Of a stretch of 64,000 nucleotides of DNA, positions 10,367 through 19,721 are shown one piece after another. Every line of letters begins with the position of its first letter. Positions within the stretch are counted from its first letter, which is position 1. The DNA lies in NCBI GenBank assembly GCA_963763775.1, contig CAVXPZ010000001.1:832001-896000 (forward strand), in the 5' to 3' direction. The stretch is from an uncultured Chloroflexia bacterium (lineage in GTDB: Bacteria; Chloroflexota; Limnocylindria; Limnocylindrales; CSP1-4). Both the position numbers and the translations under genes were made by a program. The notes under the pieces are model-generated. The model ran no database searches, had not been told where the DNA came from, and worked only from the letters and a program-made list of their open reading frames with translations.

Positions 10367-10983
10367 TGCGCCTCCGTCGTCAGCGCCGCGAAGACGGCCA
10401 GAGCCTCGTCGAGTTCTCGATGATCGTCACGGTGGCGATGCTGATGCTGCTCGGCATGCTGGAGTTCGGATTCATCTTCGACCATCACCTGTCGCTCGAG
10501 TACGCCACCCGCGAGGGCGCCCGTGTCGCCGCCGCGCTCTCGAACGGCGGCGGCACCGTCGGCTGCGGCACCGGGCAATCGCCGAACGCGGCGACGGTGG
10601 ACCAGCAGATCATCGCCGCGGTCCAGCGCGTCGTGGCGTCGCCGGGTTCGCCGATCGTCGAGAGCCGGATCGGCCAGGTCCGCATCTACAAGTCGGACTC
10701 CACGGGGGCACCTTCGGGCACCTCGTACAACACCTGGATCTACCAGGCCGGCGGCGGACCGGTCGTCGACGGGAAGGCGCTGGACTTCAAGCAGTCCGGC
10801 TCCAGCGGGTACGCAGCCTGTTCGCGGGACAACGGCGCGACGCCCGATTCCATCGGCGTGAGCATCACCTACACCTACCAGATGGTCACGCCCCTGGCGG
10901 CGGTGATCGGGTTCTTCGGCGGCGCCGGTGCCAGCACGATCCCCATCTCTGACAAGACCGTCATGGCCCTCAACCCGAGTTAA
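10366..10983 (+). CDS. tadE: TadE/TadF-like minor pilin, cassette 1 gene 2
   Basis: DG|QSLVEFSMIV..LEFG..ATREGARVAA; the start overlaps the upstream stop. Confidence 0.88.
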   Translation: MRLRRQRREDGQSLVEFSMIVTVAMLMLLGMLEFGFIFDHHLSLEYATREGARVAAALSNGGGTVGCGTGQSPNAATVDQQIIAAVQRVVASPGSPIVESRIGQVRIYKSDSTGAPSGTSYNTWIYQAGGGPVVDGKALDFKQSGSSGYAACSRDNGATPDSIGVSITYTYQMVTPLAAVIGFFGGAGASTIPISDKTVMALNPS

Positions 10984-10987
10984 TGAG

Positions 10988-13223
10988 ATGCCGACCATGA
11001 ATTCGCACCCGATCCGGTCAGACCCCCCGACGCGGGCGCTCGCGCGGGCAGATCGTCGTGATCTTCGCCGCCGCGTCGATCGTGTTCGTCGCCTTGATGG
11101 CGATCGTCGTCGACGTGTCGTGGTTCTGGGCGAACAGCCTGCGGATGCAGCGTGCCGCCGACGCGGCGGCGCTCGCGGGCGTCGTCGACCTGCCCGGGAA
11201 CGAGGCCGGCGCGATCGACCTCGCCAGGGCCGAGTCGGCCAAGAACGGCTTCACCGACGGCACCGGCGGTGTCGTGGTCACGCCGTGGCAGGACCCGACC
11301 AACTCCCGACGCCTGCGCGTCACGATCAGCGGACCGATCGGGACCTTCTTCGCCCGCGTGATCGGGATCAACTCGTTCCCCGGGTTCGCCCAGGCGAAGG
11401 CCGACTATGTCCTCCCGGTCCCGATGGGGAGTCCGGAGAACTACTACGGCGTCTTCGGCAAGATCCGGCACCCCGGCGGCGGCATCACCCAAGTCACGAC
11501 GAACACCTTCAACAACGTCACGACGGCATGGTTTAGCGCGGCGTCGTCGAAGGGCACGACCCGGTGGACGACACCCCGGGAACACCTACACGAGCAACGA
11601 TGTCTGGGCGACCTCGGCGACCGCCAACCAGTACCAGCAATGGGGCAACTTCGGAATCACCCTGGCCGGCACGGTGACGAACATCGACGGGATCGAAGTC
11701 AGCGCCGAAGTCAGCAGCCGGGCCGGCACGGGCACGACCTGCACAGATCCAGTACGAGCTGTCCTGGAACAACGGGCGGCACGTACACGACCGGGTCCGG
11801 AGGCGTCAAGACGACGCGCGGCGCTCGACGACCACGGACACGTACGACGTCGATGGGCAACGCGACCGACACCTGGAACCGGTCACCTGGTCGACAGGTG
11901 ACCTCACGAACGCCAACTTCCAGATCCGCGCCCGGACGATCAAGCCGTCACCGCGACCGTCTGCCCCAGCGCGACCCTGCACCGGATCGACCACCTGCGT
12001 GTCCGCGTGACGTACGACTACACGACGACGACGTCCACCTTCATCCCGGACGTCAACGTCGCGAGCCCATACGGCGCGGCCCTGACGCCTCGCGGCTTCT
12101 GGGGAACGATGCTGACCGAGGGCGCCGAGTCCATCAACGGCGACGCTTACTCGCCGTTCTACGACACGCGCACCAGCACAACAACCCAACTTCGACCCGA
12201 CCACCTACTACGACTACGCCGTCGAGATGCCGGCCGGCTCGAGCAGCGGCGAGGTCTGGATCTACGACCCCGGCTTCTGCGCGGTCGACTCGGATGAGGG
12301 CACCGGCGACCGGTACTTCGGCAACACCAACACCGCGGCTCGAACGGGATCAGCGCGTACTATTCGCTGTACGACACGAAGAACACGCTGTACGACTCGA
12401 CGGACGACACGTCGTGGCCACGAGCGGCAGCCATTCGCGAACATGAACGGCGCCGACACCTCGATGATGGCGAGCCCCGGCTCCTTCTCGATGACCAACC
12501 TCAACGACTGCTCGGACGCGACGATCGGCGACAACACGGCCAGCCCGTACTACTACCACAACCGCTGGTGGCAGCTCGCCGGCGGCCTCGCGGGCGGGAC
12601 GACGTACCGCGTCCACACGCAGTCGACCGACCCGAGCAACGTCAACGCGCAGAAGAACATGAACGGCCAGAACAGCTTCGCGATCTGGACGAAGGCCACA
12701 GGCGGCACGCCCAAGGTCCACGGCCTGGGCGCCATGGAGGCGTACACGCCGCTCGACCCGAGCACCAGCGCCGAGTTCTACCTCGCCCAGATCGGCGCCG
12801 AACACGCCGGCAAGACGATGGAGATCAAGCTCTGGGACCCGGGTGACACGAACAGCCTCTCGGCGAACCTCCAGATCGATGATCCCGACTCCGCCGGGTA
12901 CACGGCCGCGAGCTTGAACTACACCGCCGCCGTCGGGACCACGAACACGAATGCCAGTTCCTGCGGCAGCACGAACGTCACCGGCGCGTCCAACATCCCG
13001 ACCAATACGGGCGGTTCGGGCGGCCAGAAGTTCGGCGGGCTGCTGGGTCACGATCCTCATCCCGATCCCGGCCACCTACACCGCACCCACGCCGCCCGGC
13101 GAGGCCGAACCCGGGTGGTGGAAGATCCGCTACAACATGGGCAGCGGCTCCGCGAGCGCCTTCGACCTCACCACCTGGCAGGTCCAGATCCGCGGCAACC
13201 CGGTGCACCTCGTCCTTCCGTAG
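10988..13223 (+). CDS. tadG: Large TadG-like pilin/adhesin, cassette 1; broken by roughly a dozen apparent single-base indels
   Basis: ORF pieces 11058.., 11407.., 12007.., 12227.. and 12951..13223 are colinear with the intact paralog at 14681..16840 (GQIVVIF, MQRAADAAALAGV, GFWG, FYLAQIG..HAGKTM, GWWKI.Y, IRGNPVHLVLP). Confidence 0.8.
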
Positions 13224-13257
13224 ACCGTCGCCCACTTCGGGCCGAAGCACCGAGCCA

Positions 13258-13288
13258 CGACCCCCTCACCGTTCGCGGGAGGGGGTCG
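13258..13288 (+). terminator. Hairpin after cassette 1 (putative terminator)
   Basis: CGACCCCCTC...GAGGGGGTCG inverted repeat about 35 nt after the stop, with a weak U-tract. Confidence 0.5.
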
Positions 13289-13330
13289 ACTCGTTCCTCG
13301 GGCGGCGGCGGCAGGGTAGCCCGGGAACGC

Positions 13331-13436
13331 CGACCTTGCGGCGGACCTTACATTCGGCGGGCCCGAATCAGGACCTTTGGCGAACCCGGCGCGAACGACC
13401 TCGCCCCTAGGAGGGCCCCGGACCGCACCGTAGTCT
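13331..13436 (+). promoter_or_regulatory. Conserved upstream control region of tad cassette 2, ending in -10 TAGTCT (leaderless start)
   Basis: Paralog of 9452..9556; TAGTCT lies 6 nt before GTG 13443. Confidence 0.65.
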
Positions 13437-13442
13437 CGGGTC

Positions 13443-14048
13443 GTGATCCGAATCCGTGACTCCCGACACCATCGCGAGCGTCGCCGCGGGCAGACGCTTG
13501 TCGAGTTCGCCCTCGTGTTCCCGCTGTTCTTCACGCTGTTCATGGGCGTCGTGGAGTTCTCCTTCACCTTCAACGCCATCCTCTCGGTGACCTTCGCCTC
13601 GCGCAACGCGGCTCTCGCCGCGGCCGAGGCCGGCAACGCCGCCGGTGCGGACTGCGTGGTCCTCTCCGGGATCGAACGCGACATCACCGCCCCGGCCGAC
13701 CACGCCAGGGTCAACAAGGTCGAGGTGTATCGCGCGACCCAGACCGGCGATGCCTACGCCCCACCGGAGATCACGACCTGGACCCGGTCCGGCTCGACCG
13801 CCTGCACCTTCCCGGACGGAACGACCTCGACCCTGCCCTACACGCTGACATCGAACGGCTATCCGACCGCCAACCGCTGCAACGTCATCGGGGGCTGCCC
13901 GATCGGCGGCCACACGACGGTGGACTACGTGGGCGTGCGCATCTACTACACGCACGTCTACGTGACGCCCGTGAAGACCTTCCTCGGTGCCGGCGGGACG
14001 ATGTCCTTCGACCGCGGCAACGTGATGCGCATGGAGCCGGTGCTGTGA
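13443..14048 (+). CDS. tadE: TadE-like minor pilin, cassette 2 gene 1
   Basis: RG|QTLVEFALVFP; full-length paralog of 9767..10366 with the same Cys pattern. Confidence 0.9.
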   Translation: MIRIRDSRHHRERRRGQTLVEFALVFPLFFTLFMGVVEFSFTFNAILSVTFASRNAALAAAEAGNAAGADCVVLSGIERDITAPADHARVNKVEVYRATQTGDAYAPPEITTWTRSGSTACTFPDGTTSTLPYTLTSNGYPTANRCNVIGGCPIGGHTTVDYVGVRIYYTHVYVTPVKTFLGAGGTMSFDRGNVMRMEPVL

Positions 14049-14677
14049 GCCTGCGACGGGCGACTCGAGAAGGTCGCGACGTGGCAGGCCAGAGCCTGGT
14101 CGAGTTCGCCATGGTCGTGACCGTCGTGATGCTCTTCCTGCTCGGCCTGCTCGAGTTCGGGTTCGTCTTCGACCATCACCTCACGCTCGAGTACGCCTCG
14201 CGCGAAGGGGCGCGCTCGGGCTCCGCGCTCGCCAACGGCGGCGGGATCGTCGGGTGCGGCGCCGGTCAGTCGCCGAATGCGGCGACGGTCGACCCCCAGA
14301 TCGTCGCGGCCGTCCAGCGTGTCCTCACGTCGCCTGGGTCGCAGGTGGTCCCGAGCCGGGTCTCGTCCATCCGGATCTACAAGGCGGACAGCGCGGGCAA
14401 CGAGACGGGCGGCGCCGCGAACGTCTGGATCTACCAGGCCGGCGGCGGCCCGACGGTCGACGGCAAGGTCCTCGACTTCAAGAACCAGTCGACCGGATGG
14501 GCCGCGTGCTCCCGGGACAACGGCGGGACGCCCGATTCGATCGGCGTCAGCGTCGCCTACAACTACCAGCTCGTCACCCCGCTCTCGGCCGTCATGGGCT
14601 TCTTCGGCGGCGGCGCCGGGCCTACGACGATCCCGATGAGCGACCGAACCATCATGGCGCTCAATCCAGGGAACTGA
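14045..14677 (+). CDS. tadE: TadE/TadF-like minor pilin, cassette 2 gene 2
   Basis: AG|QSLVEFAMVV..ASREGARSG; paralog of 10366..10983. Confidence 0.9.
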   Translation: MSLRRATREGRDVAGQSLVEFAMVVTVVMLFLLGLLEFGFVFDHHLTLEYASREGARSGSALANGGGIVGCGAGQSPNAATVDPQIVAAVQRVLTSPGSQVVPSRVSSIRIYKADSAGNETGGAANVWIYQAGGGPTVDGKVLDFKNQSTGWAACSRDNGGTPDSIGVSVAYNYQLVTPLSAVMGFFGGGAGPTTIPMSDRTIMALNPGN

Positions 14678-14680
14678 CCG

Positions 14681-16840
14681 ATGACCTTCTTCTCGCGACA
14701 CCCGCACAAGGCCGATCCGAAGCGACGCGCATCCCGCGGCCAGATCGTCATCCTGTTCGCCGGCGCGATCATCGTGTTCGTCGGGCTTGCCGCGGTCGTC
14801 ATCGACGTCTCGTGGTACTGGGCAAATACGCTTCGGATGCAGCGCGCCGCGGATGCGGCGGCGCTCGCCGGCGTCGTCTACCTGCCCGGCAACCCCTCGC
14901 TCGCCATCTCCACCGCGCGGGCCGAGGCCACGAAGAACGGCTACGCCAACGGCGTGGGCGGTGTGGCCGTCACGCCGGTCCAGGATCCGACGAACTCCCG
15001 CCGTCTCAAGGTCACGGTGAGCGGGCCGATCGGAACGTACTTCGCCAAGGTCCTCGGCATCAACTCGTGGCCGGCCGCCCGCGACGCCAAGGCGGACTTC
15101 GTGCTCCCGGTGCCGATGGGCAGTCCGCAGAACTACTACGGCGTCGGGACGCTCAAAGGCACGACGGTCAACACGTCGACCACGCACAACTACAACAGCC
15201 GGAACTCCGGCCTCGACGTGGCGACGAGCTCGCCGGCGGGGACCCCGTGGGTGGCGAGCACCGGCACGCTCGTCGCGGCCGTCAACAGCTCGAACACGGC
15301 GTACGACTACACCACGACGAACAACGCCACCCAGCAGTTCGGCGGGTTCGGGCTGAACACCGGGCTCCCGGCCGGCGAGGCCATCAGCGGCAACATCACC
15401 GGTCTCCAGGTCACGCTGACGAAGGCCTCCGTGTCGGCCGCGTGCGCGACCACGAAGATCGGCGTCGCCCTGTCCTGGGATGGCGGCTCCTCGTGGACGA
15501 CCGTGACCGCGCAGACCGCCAACCTGACCACGACCACCGCCAACACGACGTTCGGCACCAGCACGGCGACGAGCTTCTGGACGGGGCACACGACGTGGAC
15601 CGCGGCCGACATCAGCGACGCCAACTTCCGTGTCCGCCTGACCGGCCTCAAAGGCTGTGCGACCGCCGGGACGCAGCTTCGGCTCGACCAGCTCCAGGTC
15701 CAGGCGTGGTACACGACGGACAACCCGACGACGACCACGACGGTCGACCCCGACCCGACGGCCCGCAACGTCAACGACCCCGCGACGGGCAGCGCGCTCA
15801 CCTCTCAGGGCTTCTGGGGCGCGGTGATCACGAAGGGCGGCGACCGCGGCAACGGCGACCGGTACAGCCCGGCGAACAACGGCGGGAGCGCCAACGCGGA
15901 GTACGACGCGCGCGGCTACGACTACACGATCGAGGTCGGCGTCAGCGGCAAGGTGTCGATCTACGACCCGACGTTCTGCGCGACCGGCAACAACACGTCC
16001 GGCGGATCGTACGGCGCGGGCGATCACTGGATCGGCACGGCCGGACGCCCGGTGACGACGGTGTTCACGCTCTACGGCATCAACAACACACCCCTGGACA
16101 CGACCGACGACATCGCCATCACCTCGTCCGGTTCGATGTTCGCGAACGAGACGCAGGCGGACTACAGCGGCAATTACGGGCAGCCGGCCGGCTTCTCCGC
16201 CGTCGGTTCGGGCACGTACACGAACTGTGCGACCAATCCCTATCACAACACCTGGTGGCCGATGGCGACCGGGCTCGCCGCCGGCACGTACCGCCTCAAC
16301 GTCACCACCAGCGACGCCGGGAACAACACCACCAGCGCCGAGAACATGTGGTCGCTCTGGGTCTCCGGCGGGAGCAAGCCCCGCGTCTATGGCGGCGGCC
16401 GCATGGCGGCCTACAACAACCTCGAGGCCGGCACGCAGCGGTTCTACCTGGCCCAGATCGCCGCGGTCCATGCCGGCAAGACGATGGTCATCGAATTGTT
16501 CGACCCGGGTGACATCAGCGGCGACGGCTACCTCAGGATCCTGAGTCCCGATGGGAATGCCTACAACTACGCGACGTTCTCGTACGTGGCGGACAACGGG
16601 CGCTCCGGCACCAACGTCACGCAGGTCCAGACCGCTGCCAGCGGGACGAGTTACTACAACAACTCGGTCCTCACGATCCAGATCGCGCTCCCGTCGAGTT
16701 ACGGCAGCGGCGGCCTGCGCCCATCCGGCGAGACCGAGGACGGCTGGTGGAAGATCGAGTACCAGGTCGGCGGCGGCAACGACACGACGACCTGGCAGGT
16801 GAGCATCCGCGGCAACCCGGTCCACCTCGTCCTTCCGTAG
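14681..16840 (+). CDS. tadG: Large TadG-like pilin/adhesin, cassette 2 (719 aa, intact)
   Basis: RG|QIVILFA without Glu+5, MQRAADAAALAGV, and a Thr/Asn/Gly-rich beta-type extracellular region. Confidence 0.88.
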   Translation: MTFFSRHPHKADPKRRASRGQIVILFAGAIIVFVGLAAVVIDVSWYWANTLRMQRAADAAALAGVVYLPGNPSLAISTARAEATKNGYANGVGGVAVTPVQDPTNSRRLKVTVSGPIGTYFAKVLGINSWPAARDAKADFVLPVPMGSPQNYYGVGTLKGTTVNTSTTHNYNSRNSGLDVATSSPAGTPWVASTGTLVAAVNSSNTAYDYTTTNNATQQFGGFGLNTGLPAGEAISGNITGLQVTLTKASVSAACATTKIGVALSWDGGSSWTTVTAQTANLTTTTANTTFGTSTATSFWTGHTTWTAADISDANFRVRLTGLKGCATAGTQLRLDQLQVQAWYTTDNPTTTTTVDPDPTARNVNDPATGSALTSQGFWGAVITKGGDRGNGDRYSPANNGGSANAEYDARGYDYTIEVGVSGKVSIYDPTFCATGNNTSGGSYGAGDHWIGTAGRPVTTVFTLYGINNTPLDTTDDIAITSSGSMFANETQADYSGNYGQPAGFSAVGSGTYTNCATNPYHNTWWPMATGLAAGTYRLNVTTSDAGNNTTSAENMWSLWVSGGSKPRVYGGGRMAAYNNLEAGTQRFYLAQIAAVHAGKTMVIELFDPGDISGDGYLRILSPDGNAYNYATFSYVADNGRSGTNVTQVQTAASGTSYYNNSVLTIQIALPSSYGSGGLRPSGETEDGWWKIEYQVGGGNDTTTWQVSIRGNPVHLVLP

Positions 16841-16865
16841 CTCGGGGCGCCGCTAGACTCGGGGC

Positions 16866-17564
16866 ATGTGCGGCAGGTTCACCCAGGAGCGACCCGCGTC
16901 CGAGCTCGCCGAGATCTTCGGCGCGGAGCCGCTCGTCGACGACCCGGGCGCCCGGTACAACGTGGCCCCGACCGATGAGGCGCTCGTGGTCGTCCAGCGC
17001 GAGGAACGACGGGCCATCACCGCGTATCGCTGGGGCCTGATCCCGCACTGGGCGGACGACGCCAAGGTCGGCTCCAGGATGTTCAACGCCCGCGCCGAGA
17101 CCCTCACCTCGAGCCCCGCCTTCCGCGACGCCTTCAAACGAAAGCGCTGCCTGGTCCCGGTGGACTCGTTCTACGAGTGGAAGCGCGAGGGCACGGTCCG
17201 TCAGCCGTACCGCGTCGTCCGAGACGACCGGGCCCCGCTCGCCCTCGCCGGGCTGTGGGCCGGATGGCGCGACCCGGCGACCGAGACGGTGCGCCGCACG
17301 TTCACCATCATCACGTCCCGTCCGAACGAGGCCCTGCACGACCTGCACGATCGGATGCCCGTCATCGTCCCACGCCGGTCCTGGGATCGATGGCTCAGCG
17401 CCGACCCGGACGATGCCGGCGAATTGCTCGCGATCCTCGAGCCGTCCGACGACGTCGAACTGGATATCTATGCAGTCCCCACGCTCGTCAACGACGTCCG
17501 GAAGGATGGGCCGGCGCTCATCGAACCGCTGGAGGCGACCGAGCCCGGGACCGACGCCGGCTGA
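16866..17564 (+). CDS. SOS response-associated peptidase (SRAP/YedK, abasic-site processing)
   Basis: N-terminal MCGRF, RYNVAPT, WGLIP, FNARAET, FYEW and HDRMP. Confidence 0.95.
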   Translation: MCGRFTQERPASELAEIFGAEPLVDDPGARYNVAPTDEALVVVQREERRAITAYRWGLIPHWADDAKVGSRMFNARAETLTSSPAFRDAFKRKRCLVPVDSFYEWKREGTVRQPYRVVRDDRAPLALAGLWAGWRDPATETVRRTFTIITSRPNEALHDLHDRMPVIVPRRSWDRWLSADPDDAGELLAILEPSDDVELDIYAVPTLVNDVRKDGPALIEPLEATEPGTDAG

Positions 17565-17591
17565 GCCACACGGCGACGACGCCCCGAGACA

Positions 17592-17617
17592 CCATCCGCC
17601 GCACCCGCCCGTCCGTA
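17592..17617 (+). promoter_or_regulatory. SigK-type ECF promoter (probably autoregulatory)
   Basis: CCATCC-N15-CCGTA, one mismatch from the mycobacterial SigK consensus CCATCC-N15-CCGAA, 9 nt before the sigma ATG. Confidence 0.65.
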
Positions 17618-17626
17618 GGGACCAGC

Positions 17627-18287
17627 ATGACCGCCCTCGCCGTGGATGTCGGGAACGTGTGGCAGAATCCACGTCTCACCCGCCAGGAGCCCACGTTGCC
17701 CGTTCGCGAGCCGCCATCGGCGGAACAACGCGCCATCGACGTCGCTCTGCTCGGCCGCATCCGGGACGGTGACGCGGCCGCGCTGTCCGATCTGTACGCC
17801 AGGTTCGGCAGTCCCCTCTACTCCCTGGCGTATCAGGTCGTCCGCGACGCCGGGGCGGCGGAGGACATCGTCCAGGAGGTCTTCATGGCGGTCTGGCGGA
17901 GCGCCGGCCGCTTCGACCCCGCCAAGGGCTCGCCGGCCGGGTGGCTCTTCTCGCTGGCCCGGCACAAGGCGATCGACCTGCTTCGCCGCGAGACGACGGC
18001 TCGCTCTCGAAGCGTCGATGTCGACCTGACGCTCGAACCGGCCGCCGAGGACGTCGAGCACGAAGCGTGGCTGGGCATCCGACGCGACCGGACCCTCGAG
18101 GGCCTGAGCGCGCTGCCGGAGGCGCAGCGCGAAGCCGTCGAGCTGGCATTCTTCGCGGGCCTCACGCACGTCGAAGTGGCCGAGCGGCTCGGGATCCCGC
18201 TCGGCACGGCCAAGACGCGCATCCGGTCCGGCCTGCTTGCGGCTGCGCGACCTGCTCGGCGACTCGGTCAGCGAGGTCGCGCCATGA
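17627..18287 (+). CDS. ECF sigma factor (SigK-like); apparent +1 frameshift near 18238
   Basis: AEDIVQEVF, ARHKAIDLLRR and LGIPLGTAKTRIRSGL. Removing one T gives ...LLRLRDLLGDSVSEVAP* with the TGA overlapping the next ATG. Confidence 0.88.
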
Positions 18288-19120
18288 TCGGCGAGATGGA
18301 TCATCAGGCGTATCTGGAGCTGCTGGCCGGCGAGGCGCTCGACGACCTCGACCCGACCGAGGTCGCCCGACTCTCCGCCCACCGCGACGGCTGCGCGATC
18401 TGCGCCGAGACCGCCGCTGACCTCGACGACACGCTCGTCGCCCTGGCGGTCGCGGTCCCGCAGCGGCCGGCGCCGGCCGGACTCGAGGCACGGATCATGG
18501 CGGCCGTCGCCGCCGAGCCTCGGACCTCACCGTCGGCCGAGATGGCGACGGCGGCGGCGATGACGGCCGCAGCGACGGCGGCGGCGATGACCCCGGTACC
18601 GGCGCGCGTCGACGAACCCAGGAGCCGATGGAGCGCCTTCCGGGATCGATGGGCCGTCGCCGCCGTCGGCGCGACGGCCGTCGCCCTCGTCCTCGTGATC
18701 GTCGGCGCCTCGCTGGCGACGCAGTTGCGCGACCTTCGGTCGACCGTGGCCACCCAGGACGCCGCGATCGCGGTCCTTGCGGACCCGAACCACGTCGTGG
18801 CCCCGCTCGCCCCGGAGAACGGCTCCACCGCCACCGCGATGGCCGTCTACGTGCCCGACACGACCGAGTCGTACGTCATGGCGACCGGCCTCGCCGCGAC
18901 CCCGACTGGCAAGGTCTACCAGCTGTGGTCCGCGGATGCCGCGGGCGTCCACCCGCTCGGCACCTTCACGTTCGATGGGAACGGGACGTTCGTCGCGCCG
19001 TTCGGCGTGGACCTGTCCGGCTCGGCCGCCGCGATGGTGACCCTCGAGCCGGCGGGCGGGTCCACCGGCGAACCCGGCCCGCAGGTCGTCTTCGGGGAGT
19101 TGCCGGCCGCCTCGAGCTAG
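18284..19120 (+). CDS. RskA-type anti-sigma factor with N-terminal zinc (ZAS) motif
   Basis: HRDGCAIC (HxxxCxxC), one TM helix, and C-terminal KVYQLW...VTLEPAGGS. Confidence 0.85.
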   Translation: MIGEMDHQAYLELLAGEALDDLDPTEVARLSAHRDGCAICAETAADLDDTLVALAVAVPQRPAPAGLEARIMAAVAAEPRTSPSAEMATAAAMTAAATAAAMTPVPARVDEPRSRWSAFRDRWAVAAVGATAVALVLVIVGASLATQLRDLRSTVATQDAAIAVLADPNHVVAPLAPENGSTATAMAVYVPDTTESYVMATGLAATPTGKVYQLWSADAAGVHPLGTFTFDGNGTFVAPFGVDLSGSAAAMVTLEPAGGSTGEPGPQVVFGELPAASS

Positions 19121-19662
19121 TCGGCGGGGTCGACGGGCGTCCAGCCCGCGCGAGACGCGACCGCCTCGGCGAACGCCGACCCCGGGTCGACACCGGCGTC
19201 GAGACCGACGGCGAACGTGCCGACGAGCATCGCGAAGGCGTCCTCCGGGTCCGCCGCCGGCGCCTCCAGGACGATGGATGGCTCCGGCAGCCACTCGGGG
19301 ACGCCCTTCCCCGCGGCGAGGACGAGGACGAGGCTGCCGCGACCCCAGCTCGCCGCGTCCGCCGCCGGCTGGACGGTCCGGGCGTCGAGGGGATCGGTCA
19401 TGACGATCGTGGTGGCATCGGACAGATAGCGAAGCGCCAGATCGATGTCGGACGGGTCGAGCGTGGACGCCCCGGCGCCGGCGGGCCCTCGCAGGGTCGC
19501 GACGTGGGCGACACCGGCAGCCGAAAGCGCGTGCAGCCGCCGATCGCCATCGGCGTCGTCGGCGATCTTGCCGACGAATTCGACCGTCCCGTTCGCCGCC
19601 GCGGCTGCCACGGCGATCGATGCCGCCATCGGCCAGCCGGAGGGGTCGACGACGACGATCAT
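19117..19662 (-). CDS. Short PfkB/ribokinase-like hypothetical protein
   Basis: VEFVGKIADDADG..LSAAGV resembles PfkB signature 1, with a degenerate EDAF near the C-terminus. TACGCT lies 6 nt before the ATG. Confidence 0.5.
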   Translation of the reverse strand: MIVVVDPSGWPMAASIAVAAAAANGTVEFVGKIADDADGDRRLHALSAAGVAHVATLRGPAGAGASTLDPSDIDLALRYLSDATTIVMTDPLDARTVQPAADAASWGRGSLVLVLAAGKGVPEWLPEPSIVLEAPAADPEDAFAMLVGTFAVGLDAGVDPGSAFAEAVASRAGWTPVDPAD

Positions 19663-19721
19663 GCCCCCAGCGTAGCGTCCCGCAGCGACCGAGAGGCGAC
19701 GGTCGACACCCGCGGCCTCGA

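Noticed and set aside
9767-16840. Diversity-generating retroelement or invertase shufflon acting on tadG
   Set aside because: No reverse transcriptase or recombinase is in the window, the copies are direct rather than inverted, and the differences are not adenine-specific.
16866-17564. SRAP gene as part of a mutagenesis or prophage cassette tied to the pilins
   Set aside because: It has its own leaderless promoter, and no error-prone polymerase, LexA box or phage gene is evident nearby.
17177-19120. Natural sigma/anti-sigma fusion protein (647 aa)
   Set aside because: Removing one T near 18238 restores a normal sigma C-terminus with a TGA overlapping the anti-sigma ATG. It matches the single-base insertion pattern seen elsewhere.
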